Shown here in pieces: positions 26,622 through 34,849 of a stretch of 36,225 nt of DNA. The notes beneath the pieces were generated by a model. That model was not told where the DNA came from. It worked only from the letters and a program-made list of their open reading frames with translations, and did no database searches. The stretch lies in the sequence record SRR31156797_9811. One strand, given 5' to 3'. How positions within the stretch are numbered: the stretch's first letter is position 1; the number at the start of each line of letters is the position of its first letter. Made by a program: the position numbers and the translations under genes.

Positions 26622-27746
26622 ATGTGGGGTATGATGAATATGACACAAAAGTTGAAATTGGCACTCTATGGCGCGGGAAGTGGCGGCGAAATAATGGAAA
26701 GAACTCTTCGTGGTTCTGGGGTGCGAGTTGTCGTTTTTTTTGATTCGGATTCGTCAAAAAAGGGTTCTACCCTCAATGGAATCCCGGTCGATAGCCCTGA
26801 AAACCATGACAAATATGAGTATGATTTTATCATAATCGCATCGACAACAGTGTACGAAGAGAGCATCTACAATACTTTGAGGGCATTGCAAATTCCCGGT
26901 GAGGTCATTGTTCCTCGTACTCTTTTGACAAATAATCTTCCTTCAACAATAAGAGATTATCGAAATGGGGCTTGCCCGGATGTTTGCGCTTCCGGGATGT
27001 CTTATCACCGGCAAGCGATAATACCGCAGTATTCTGCCCATACAATTTTCAATTATGCACAGACTTCAATGGATATTTTTTATGATTTTTCCGTTGCAAA
27101 AGAGTTGCTCAATGGTCGCACGACAACTCCGAAAGTCTGGCTTATTGGTTTGACTTATTACTCTTTGCATTATGACATGAGCTTGTCACAGCCTTGGACG
27201 CGGGTGTTTTATTACAAGGATTTATTTGGCTATCATAACCTTTCAGAGAAAAGAAAAGCCTACTATTTGAACGAATTTGATGTGAAAAAAATGGCTGAGA
27301 TGCTTCCAGAGTCCCTTGTGAAAAGAGTTCAGGCGGCTGAATACACAACGCAGGTTCTGGAAAACAGGCACGTGGTTGACGCTAAAACCCTGGTTGATTT
27401 GTCTCGAAAACAGGCAAAGGCGGACTCCAACAAGGACTACCCTGCGACTTTGGATGAGAATAAAGATTTTCTCGAAGCGTATGTTCAGTTGCTTGTGGAT
27501 AAAGAGATTCAACCTGTATTCACATTGATTCCATTTCCCGATGCATATCCGATTGGAGAAAGTCTTTTTACGGAATTCTTTGAATACCTTGATGGACTTG
27601 GAACAAAATATGGCTGCCAATTAATAAATGGATATGATCTGAACGGATATGGCGACGAGTGTTTTTATGATACTTCACACCTCAATTTGCAAGGTGGGAT
27701 TAAGTATACTCAGCATGTGGATGAGTTTTTGAACAAGATACTCTAA
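26622..27746 (+). CDS. Rossmann-like N-domain plus SGNH/DltD-like domain protein (paralogue of 7299-8423)
   Basis: LALYGAGSGG...FFDSDSSKKG...GIPVDSP; SGMSY, FNYAQTSMD, LIGLTYYSLHYDMS, FYDTSHLN; true start may be 26631-26640. Confidence 0.7.
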   Translation: MWGMMNMTQKLKLALYGAGSGGEIMERTLRGSGVRVVVFFDSDSSKKGSTLNGIPVDSPENHDKYEYDFIIIASTTVYEESIYNTLRALQIPGEVIVPRTLLTNNLPSTIRDYRNGACPDVCASGMSYHRQAIIPQYSAHTIFNYAQTSMDIFYDFSVAKELLNGRTTTPKVWLIGLTYYSLHYDMSLSQPWTRVFYYKDLFGYHNLSEKRKAYYLNEFDVKKMAEMLPESLVKRVQAAEYTTQVLENRHVVDAKTLVDLSRKQAKADSNKDYPATLDENKDFLEAYVQLLVDKEIQPVFTLIPFPDAYPIGESLFTEFFEYLDGLGTKYGCQLINGYDLNGYGDECFYDTSHLNLQGGIKYTQHVDEFLNKIL

Positions 27747-27792
27747 TGAAAAATACTTATGATTTTATTTCTTTTGACAGATTTGATCGTGA

Positions 27793-28605
27793 TCAATTTT
27801 TCTTTTCCGTTCCCTGAGATGCGAACCAGCTCCTTGCTTTGAGAGCTAATTCTTTTGAATGATCCAACAGAGCTGTAAAGCGTGCCTTGCCGTGTAAGCC
27901 GACTTGTCGGGTGTCATGGCTTCTGTGACTATACAGTGTTTTGGGAACGTGCATGAACCGAGCACCGTTTATGGCGAATCGGAGATAACATTCGTGGTCA
28001 TCGGCCATGGCGGATTCGTCATAGTAGCCATGGGATAGATGGAGCGACGTCTTGTAAAGCGTAGCCACGCCACACAGATACCAGTCACAGAAAGAGTGGT
28101 CGAAACGATAATCCGGCAGCTGAAATTCTTGAAGAATTCTATGGGTATCGTCTATGATAAACATGTCGGAATACACAAAGTCTGCCTGGTCGGCATCAAG
28201 GTGTTCCGCTAGGGTAGAATACATTTGCGGGTGGCAGATGTCATCCGAGGCAACAAAGGAACAATATTCTCCTTTTACTGCGTGAAATCCTCGATTGTAT
28301 GTGCCGGTTGAGCCGAGATTCTGCTTGTTTTCAAGAAAAGTGATTGATCTGTTTTTTTTGTAGCGCTTGTGCGAGGTGCGGATGAATTCGTCCTTCCCTT
28401 CGTCATAACGCGACAGAAAAGAGACAGAGTCTTCGTCGACCCCCTTAATCCAGTTCTGAATAACCTGAGCAGAGTTGTCAGTAGAGCAATCATCTACGAT
28501 GATTATTTCAAGATTTTCGTAATCTTGAAAATAGATGGAATCGAGACATGTCTCTATGTATTCAGAATGATTATAACTCGGAACAACAATGGATATCAGT
28601 TTCAT
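27793..28605 (-). CDS. GT2 family glycosyltransferase
   Basis: ISIVVPSYNH, EIIIVDDCSTDNS, GEYCSFVASDD, ADDHECYLR. Confidence 0.92.
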   Translation of the reverse strand: MKLISIVVPSYNHSEYIETCLDSIYFQDYENLEIIIVDDCSTDNSAQVIQNWIKGVDEDSVSFLSRYDEGKDEFIRTSHKRYKKNRSITFLENKQNLGSTGTYNRGFHAVKGEYCSFVASDDICHPQMYSTLAEHLDADQADFVYSDMFIIDDTHRILQEFQLPDYRFDHSFCDWYLCGVATLYKTSLHLSHGYYDESAMADDHECYLRFAINGARFMHVPKTLYSHRSHDTRQVGLHGKARFTALLDHSKELALKARSWFASQGTEKKN

Positions 28606-28646
28606 GGCAATACCGTATGGGCAATAATGTTCATTTGCTGAATTAA

Positions 28647-28662
28647 TGCAAAAGATATTCCT
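28647..28662 (-). promoter_or_regulatory. Candidate sigma54 -24/-12 promoter upstream of the GT2 gene
   Basis: Minus strand AGGAATATCTTTTGCA = GG-N10-GC with TTGCA, about 40 nt before ATG 28605. Confidence 0.3.
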
Positions 28663-28707
28663 TGCTGTGTCCTTGGCAAGCGTCCCTTATACACTGTGTC
28701 AGTATGG

Positions 28708-29616
28708 TTACTTCCGGGTCGCAATGACAGTTATTCCTGCTTCCTGCACATCCATTCTGTCAATGTCCAGCCCGGCTTCTTGGCAGTAGTTTTGAATTTC
28801 TTCGGGAGTGCTTCTGATACAGTTGAGAGGTCGGAACCAGTCGAAGTTGATGTGGTTCATCTCTTCCATAGTCAAAGTGGGGTCGTAATACATCTTGCAG
28901 AAATTCCAATAGAGGAGACGTTGCAGATTTTGTGGGCCTTTTTTTATGCCAAGAAGTTCGATGTCTTCAGGGATATCAATGGTAATATCCAGTTCTCCCA
29001 AGGCTATGCCCAGTTTTGTGAGCGGCTTCAGCGCCTCCCAGGCTTCGTCATTATCCATGGGAACGAGTTGCTCACGAATGTAATCGTCGGAGTATTCTCG
29101 CATCGGGCTTTTTTTGACGTACACATAGAACATGAATTTCCCACCGGGTTTGAGCTTGGTGGTCAGGGAGATGATCGCATCCCGCACCGAGTCTGTGTGG
29201 TGGAGGACGCCTTCTGATAAAATGATGTCCACTGAGTTGTCCGGTACAGGCGAGTTGAGAAGATCGGACTTGTGGAATTCGCCGGACAGTCCCTCTTTTT
29301 CGAAACGATCTTTGGCAACAAAGACTGCGTCGCTGATATCTACTCCGATGAAATGATTGTCGGAAAGATATCCGTCAAAGAGAAGCAGGGCTGACATGGC
29401 TGCTCCACACCCTGCGTCCAGAATGGTTTTGGGGCCGTTGGCAAACCATTGTCCCCGCACCTCGGGGTTACCGCCGCAGTATCGTTCAAATAACCATTCT
29501 TTGGCGCGTTTCAGAGACGCTTCTGATTCAAATGTATCCAGTTTGGCCCACTTATACCCGAAAGTGTCAGCAGTTTGTGTTTGGTTTTCTGATATCTTTT
29601 TTGTGTCATTTTTCAT
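28708..29616 (-). CDS. Class I SAM-dependent methyltransferase
   Basis: ILDAGCG motif I, GVDIS, DIILSEGVLHHT, LKPGGKF; GGAG RBS. Confidence 0.9.
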   Translation of the reverse strand: MKNDTKKISENQTQTADTFGYKWAKLDTFESEASLKRAKEWLFERYCGGNPEVRGQWFANGPKTILDAGCGAAMSALLLFDGYLSDNHFIGVDISDAVFVAKDRFEKEGLSGEFHKSDLLNSPVPDNSVDIILSEGVLHHTDSVRDAIISLTTKLKPGGKFMFYVYVKKSPMREYSDDYIREQLVPMDNDEAWEALKPLTKLGIALGELDITIDIPEDIELLGIKKGPQNLQRLLYWNFCKMYYDPTLTMEEMNHINFDWFRPLNCIRSTPEEIQNYCQEAGLDIDRMDVQEAGITVIATRK

Positions 29617-29905
29617 TTTTTCTCCGGACGTGAGCTCGTGTTCGGTGAGTTGAAGCTTTCTGTGACTATTGGTGGTTGTTACCAGTTCAGAGTATGACTG
29701 ACTAGACTCGAAGATTTCAAATCTCAGTTTGTTTGTCCATATAAATCATTTGGTCGCAGTATGAAGGCGGTTGTCAGTGAAGTTTTGTTGCGTAGAGCTC
29801 GGAGCGCCGAAGAATGTCAAGAAGGTTACGTTTGCCCGTGTGGTACATGAGTGTTAACGTCCCGCGGTGTAAACAATTACCTTTTCAGCCTTTTTAGAGA
29901 ACATT

Positions 29906-30934
29906 ATGTCGCATGCCATTCGATTTTCCCACCCCGAACCTGAACCTGTCAGAACGCGCGTCTGGCCGGTGTTTCTGCCTTTTGCAGGATGTCCTTACAG
30001 GTGTGTTTTTTGTGCTCAGGATAAACAGACCGGACAGGATGAGGCTGATCTTGAGGCTATACTCCAAACATTGGAAGCAGACCTTGATCAAGCACTGGCT
30101 TTGGGGCAGGGGCCGTATGAACTGGCCTATTTCGGAGGCACGTTCACGGCCTTGCCGTCGCCATGGCCCGAAGCTTTTCTCGGATTGGCCATGCGTTATC
30201 GTGAGCGGGGACTGATTACTCATGTGCGTTGCTCCACTCGGCCTGACTGTGTGGACGAACCTTCTTTGGCTTTGCTCCGCGCTCAAGGGCTCGACATGGT
30301 GGAACTCGGCATCCAGTCCTTTGATGATGAGGCCCTCAAGACCTCTGGCCGTGGTTACACAGGCGATGTTGCTCGTGCAGCCTGTGAAGCGGTCAAGGCG
30401 TCTGGTCTGTCCCTCGGCGTTCAGTTCCTTCCCGGGCTTCCCGGTGATCGATCCGGCCTGTTTGCTTCGGACATGTGTATAGCCGCCGATTTAGAGCCGG
30501 AAACAGCACGTCTGTATCCTTGTCTGGTCATTAATGGCACGCCCATGGCTCGTATGTGGGAGCGCGGTGAGTATGAACCGTGGTCGTTGAAACGCGCCAA
30601 GGCAGAGCTTTCTGAGGCTTTGCCGGTGCTGTGGGAAAAGAATGTCCGCATCATACGACTTGGTCTTGCCCCGGAAGGTACACTGGAAGGAAATATACTG
30701 GCTGGGCCGTGGCATCCCGCCTTTGGGCAATCCGTGCGCGGAATGGCCTTGCTTAAAATACTTCGTGCCGAGATTGTCCGTCTTGGAAAGAAGCCGGTGT
30801 GCTTGGATGTTCCTCGTCGGTATTCTGGGGAAATTTATGGACACGGCAGGGAACTTGCCTCGTGCTATTTTGAGTTGGGTTTGCCGGAGTCGTCTATCAA
30901 TTTTGTGGATGGGGATTACTTTCGGCTTTCATAG
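29906..30934 (+). CDS. Elp3/YhcC-like radical SAM protein without an acetyltransferase domain
   Basis: VFLPFAGCPYRCVFCAQ, ELAYFGGTFT, RCSTRPD, VELGIQSFDD, RLYPCLVINGT, AGPWHPAFG. Confidence 0.9.
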   Translation: MSHAIRFSHPEPEPVRTRVWPVFLPFAGCPYRCVFCAQDKQTGQDEADLEAILQTLEADLDQALALGQGPYELAYFGGTFTALPSPWPEAFLGLAMRYRERGLITHVRCSTRPDCVDEPSLALLRAQGLDMVELGIQSFDDEALKTSGRGYTGDVARAACEAVKASGLSLGVQFLPGLPGDRSGLFASDMCIAADLEPETARLYPCLVINGTPMARMWERGEYEPWSLKRAKAELSEALPVLWEKNVRIIRLGLAPEGTLEGNILAGPWHPAFGQSVRGMALLKILRAEIVRLGKKPVCLDVPRRYSGEIYGHGRELASCYFELGLPESSINFVDGDYFRLS

Positions 30935-31083
30935 CTTTTGTACAGGACGGCAGAGGTGTCCGGGTCGGCGACGTGTATTCTTTTCTTTACCCCGAGAGCA
31001 AAAGCGACTATTCATTACTCTCAGTCCGTGCGCGGACATTTTACCGAACCATAGACCTTATGCAGGGGAGTAGGCGATACCGA

Positions 31084-32214
31084 ATGGTTGAACTCGTTCG
31101 TGCGGCCAAAGCCGCGATCATGACCCCCGGTTCCGAGCCCATCAATGATGCGGGCATTCTCGTGGACCAGGGAATCATCAAGGAAGTTGGCAGGTATAAA
31201 GACCTGTCCAAGTCTCATTCTGGTCCAGTCATGGACCTTGGCGATACCTTTCTCGTTCCGGGCCTGATCAATGCCCATTCCCATCTTGAATTGGCTCATT
31301 TGCGAGGCACATGCCCATCCGGTCAGGGATTCGTGACCTGGGTAGAGGATTTGCTTAAACAACCCATTTTTGATCTCGATCCCGTAGCGCTTGAATCAGC
31401 CGGACAGGAACTTAAACGATCCGGCACCATTATGGTTGGAGATATCGCCACCCGTTTCGCCAAGGAAATGGCCGGAATGCTTGAAGCATCCGGTCTTTTT
31501 TTTGTGGTCTTTTGTGAAGCCATCGGCGAAACCGTTCCCCGGAAAACTTTTATTCCTTCAGGTGACTTTGAAGCCGGTTTGATTTCCGTGGCAGGGCATT
31601 CTCTTTATACCACTCATGTGGATGTACTTCGAGCTGCCAAAGCTGAAACGCTTGAGAAGGACATTCCCTTTTCTTTGCATTTGGCCGAGCACGACGAAGA
31701 AGTTGCCATTATGGCCGGAACTGGAAGTATCTTTCTCGAAATGCTTCAGGCTCGTGGACGTTTGCTTGATTTTGAGCCACCCAAAAAGCGTCCTGTACAA
31801 CAGGCTGCCGCACTCGGTTTGCTCGACGAAACAACGCTTGCCGTTCATTGTGTCAAAGTTTCGGACGAGGATATCGAAACCGTGCGCCAGTCCGGTGCCA
31901 CGGTTTGTCTTTGTCCTCGATCCAACGAGTTTATCGGTGTGGGGCGTGCGCCATGGGAAAAGTGGTTTGCCTCTGGTGCCCCGCTTTGTCTTGGTACGGA
32001 TTCACTTGCGTCTAATCATGACCTCGACCTGTGGAACGAGGCCGTGTATCTTAAACAGAATTTTGACGGCGAGCTGTCACTGAATGACGTGCTTACCATG
32101 ATGACCCGCAACCCGGCCCGAATCATGGGCGCAGAGCATATTCTCGGCACGTTGGAACCCGGCAAGGTCGCCGCGTTCGCCAAGGTGCCGGAAAAAGTGA
32201 CGGAGTTGTTTTAG
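31084..32214 (+). CDS. Metal-dependent amidohydrolase (deaminase type; possibly aminofutalosine deaminase-like)
   Basis: Start at ATG 31084; PGLINAHSHLEL, GHSLYT, SLHLAE, AVHCV, LCPRSN, LGTDSLASN. Confidence 0.88.
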   Translation: MVELVRAAKAAIMTPGSEPINDAGILVDQGIIKEVGRYKDLSKSHSGPVMDLGDTFLVPGLINAHSHLELAHLRGTCPSGQGFVTWVEDLLKQPIFDLDPVALESAGQELKRSGTIMVGDIATRFAKEMAGMLEASGLFFVVFCEAIGETVPRKTFIPSGDFEAGLISVAGHSLYTTHVDVLRAAKAETLEKDIPFSLHLAEHDEEVAIMAGTGSIFLEMLQARGRLLDFEPPKKRPVQQAAALGLLDETTLAVHCVKVSDEDIETVRQSGATVCLCPRSNEFIGVGRAPWEKWFASGAPLCLGTDSLASNHDLDLWNEAVYLKQNFDGELSLNDVLTMMTRNPARIMGAEHILGTLEPGKVAAFAKVPEKVTELF

Positions 32215-32227
32215 AGGTAGGATGGAA

Positions 32228-32311
32228 GCCGCCTGTGGCGGCGATGTCGGGTGATTTCGTCTCCGACGGGCAAGGGGCTATACCCCTTGCATCCCCATTG
32301 TCGCTTTGCGA
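32228..32311. repeat. Cluster of short GC-rich hairpins (REP-like element)
   Basis: GCCGCC-tgt-GGCGGC (32228-32242), GTCGG...CCGAC (32246-32267), GCAAGGGG-ctata-CCCCTTGC (32270-32290), TCGC-ttt-GCGA (32301-32311). Confidence 0.7.
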
Positions 32312-32390
32312 GGTGGGTGAAAACGATTGAAAACAGTGTTCTGAAACGCTGTTAAAATATGATGATCTCAAGCCACGAATGTAGCTTGCT

Positions 32391-32476
32391 ATAAAAGTTT
32401 TGGAGATTCCCAAGACCCTTTTACAAAAAGGTTCTTGGGCCCCCGGTGGGCTCCCCGAGAGGGCTGCCTGAGGCAT
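32391..32476. repeat. Second palindromic intergenic element upstream of pyrB
   Basis: CCCAAGACCCTTTT-aca-AAAAGGTTCTTGGG (32409-32439, 13 of 14 pairs), preceded by AAAAGTTTT and followed by a GC-rich stretch ending GCC-tga-GGC. Confidence 0.7.
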
Positions 32477-32494
32477 ATTGGAGGCACACACGAT

Positions 32495-33424
32495 ATGAAA
32501 TGGTTACACAAGGATTTGTTGGACGTATCCCAGTTATCAAAATCGGAGGTCATGGCGATCTTTGAGACGGCTGGACGATTCCAGGAATTGCAGGAGCGAC
32601 CGGTAAAGAAAGTGCCGACCTTGAAAGGGCGGTCCGTGATTTTGTTCTTTGCCGAACCGAGTACCCGCACCAAAACCAGCTTTGACGTTGCTGGAAAGCG
32701 GTTGTCGGCGGACACGTTTTCGCTGGCCAAGAGTTCATCCAGCCTGACCAAAGGCGAGTCGCTCAAGGATACGGCCCTGACACTGCAAGCCATGGCCCCT
32801 GATGCCATCGTCATCCGACATTGGTGCTCAGGTGCGGCCCGTTTTTTGGCCGATCGACTGGATTGTGCGGTTATCAACGCCGGAGATGGACGACACGCCC
32901 ATCCTACTCAGGCCATTCTGGACAGCTTCACCCTGCATCAGGAGTGGGGCGATGTTGCGGGTAAGACCATTCTTATTCTGGGTGACATTGCCCATAGCCG
33001 TGTGGCCCGCTCCAATGTCATCATGTTGAATAAGCTGGGCGCGAAAGTTCGACTGTGCGCACCGCGTACATTGATGCCTCCGGCAGTTAAATCCTGGCCC
33101 GTGGAAGTCTATTCAGACCTGAATGAAGCGGTGAAAAACGTCGATGCGGTCATGTGTCTGCGTTTGCAGCTTGAACGTCAGAAAGATGGGCTGCTGCCTG
33201 ATTTGCGTGAATATGCCCGAACCTACGGATTGAATCAGAGACATGTCGATCTGGCCAATCAGGACGTGCGTATTCTGCACCCCGGTCCCATGAATAGGGG
33301 CATTGAGATCAGCTCGGATCTGGCCGATTGTGCCGATTCACTGGTGCTTGATCAGGTGTCGAGCGGTGTGGTCACGCGTATGGCCCTCCTCTTCCTTTAT
33401 ATGACCCGCAAGGGCGAAGAATAA
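32495..33424 (+). CDS. pyrB: Aspartate carbamoyltransferase catalytic subunit
   Basis: ATG 32495 with [68 protein letters not shown]. Confidence 0.98.
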   Translation: MKWLHKDLLDVSQLSKSEVMAIFETAGRFQELQERPVKKVPTLKGRSVILFFAEPSTRTKTSFDVAGKRLSADTFSLAKSSSSLTKGESLKDTALTLQAMAPDAIVIRHWCSGAARFLADRLDCAVINAGDGRHAHPTQAILDSFTLHQEWGDVAGKTILILGDIAHSRVARSNVIMLNKLGAKVRLCAPRTLMPPAVKSWPVEVYSDLNEAVKNVDAVMCLRLQLERQKDGLLPDLREYARTYGLNQRHVDLANQDVRILHPGPMNRGIEISSDLADCADSLVLDQVSSGVVTRMALLFLYMTRKGEE

Positions 33425-33436
33425 GTCGGAGAAATA

Positions 33437-34723
33437 ATGATGCCTAAAATAGATTTGATAATTCATAGGGCCACGCTCGACGGCAAGGAAGTGGATGTCT
33501 TTGTTGCCAAGGGAAAGATCATTGAGATCAGGAAGTCTGTTGAATCTCTGGATGCGGGTGATGCGAAAGTGGAAGAGGCCTTTGGCCTCACGCTGATGCC
33601 GTCCATGACCGATGTGCATGTGCATCTTCGTGAGCCGGGGTACGAATACAAGGAAGATGTTGAATCCGGGCTTCGGGCTGCTGCCTGGGGCGGATTTTCC
33701 AATATCATGTGTATGGCAAATACCAAGCCGGTGAACGACAATGAGTCCGTGACCGAAATGATGCTTGAAAAGGCCCGGAAGTTCTGGCCCAAGGGACCGC
33801 GCCTGTTTCCTATCGGCGCATTGACCAAGGGATTGTCCGGCAAGGAACTGGCTCCCATGGCCGAATTGGCCAAGGCCGGATGCGCGGCGTTTTCCAATGA
33901 TGGTGTGCCGGTGAAGTCCACCAAGATTTTCCGTCGGGCCGTGGAATATGCCTCAGATTGGGACCGCGTGGTCATTGATCATTGCGAAGATCCATATATG
34001 GGTGTGGCCGCAGGCGTGAACGAAGGCGAAGTTTCCAGCCGTCTGGGATTGCCTGCTCAGCCTGATGTTGCCGAGGCCCTGCAGGTGGCGCGGGATATCC
34101 TTATGGCTGAATATCTGGAGTTGCCCATTCATTTGGCGCATATTTCCTGCCGTAAATCTGTTGATCTGATTCGGTTTGCCAAGGATCGCGGGGTCAAAAT
34201 AACGGCTGAAACCGCACCGCATTACTTGATATTTACTGAGGATTATCTGGAGAATGAGGCCACGGAGTATGACACCAACGCCAAGGTCAATCCGCCGCTG
34301 AGGACACAAGATGATCAGAACGCCATGTTCGACGCGCTCAACGACGGCACCATTGATTGCCTTGCAACAGACCATGCCCCTCACGCTTCCTATGAGAAGG
34401 AAACCGAGTTCGATGTGGCCCCGTGCGGCATTACCGGGTTGGATACGGCACTGAGTACGACATGGCAATTAGTGAAGGACGGCAAGCTGAACAAGGAAGC
34501 GTTTATGCGTGCTTGGACCACGGCACCGTGCTCCATCTTCAATTTGCCGGTAAACACCTTTCAGCCGGGAGACCCGGCGGACTTTTTCCTGTTTGATGAG
34601 GAAGAAGAATGGACAGTCTCCAACCAAACCTTATATTCCAAGGGTAAGAATACACCGTTGCTTGGTACCACCCTGAAAGGGCGGGTAAAAACCCATTTCA
34701 TTCAGGGCAAAAAGGTTGTATAG
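33437..34723 (+). CDS. pyrC: Dihydroorotase
   Basis: DVHVHLREPG, DHCED, IHLAHIS, ETAPHYL, KVNPPLR, ATDHAPH, SKGKNTP; follows pyrB. Confidence 0.96.
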   Translation: MMPKIDLIIHRATLDGKEVDVFVAKGKIIEIRKSVESLDAGDAKVEEAFGLTLMPSMTDVHVHLREPGYEYKEDVESGLRAAAWGGFSNIMCMANTKPVNDNESVTEMMLEKARKFWPKGPRLFPIGALTKGLSGKELAPMAELAKAGCAAFSNDGVPVKSTKIFRRAVEYASDWDRVVIDHCEDPYMGVAAGVNEGEVSSRLGLPAQPDVAEALQVARDILMAEYLELPIHLAHISCRKSVDLIRFAKDRGVKITAETAPHYLIFTEDYLENEATEYDTNAKVNPPLRTQDDQNAMFDALNDGTIDCLATDHAPHASYEKETEFDVAPCGITGLDTALSTTWQLVKDGKLNKEAFMRAWTTAPCSIFNLPVNTFQPGDPADFFLFDEEEEWTVSNQTLYSKGKNTPLLGTTLKGRVKTHFIQGKKVV

Positions 34724-34849
34724 CAATGGTTCTGGGGCGGTTGGCTTCAGACAGAAAAATGTGCTGTTCGGTATTGAACGAGACAACATAAGGACTACGC
34801 AAAGGCTGTTTCTGGAAGCATACGCTTACGGACGGCCGGAAGGAGCAAT

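Noticed and set aside
32228-32476. Hairpin cluster as a CRISPR array or tRNA
   Set aside because: No regularly spaced identical repeats, no cas genes, no cloverleaf or T-loop motif
32435-32494. N-terminal extension of pyrB from TTG 32435
   Set aside because: Falls inside the palindromic element; the GGAGG RBS supports ATG 32495
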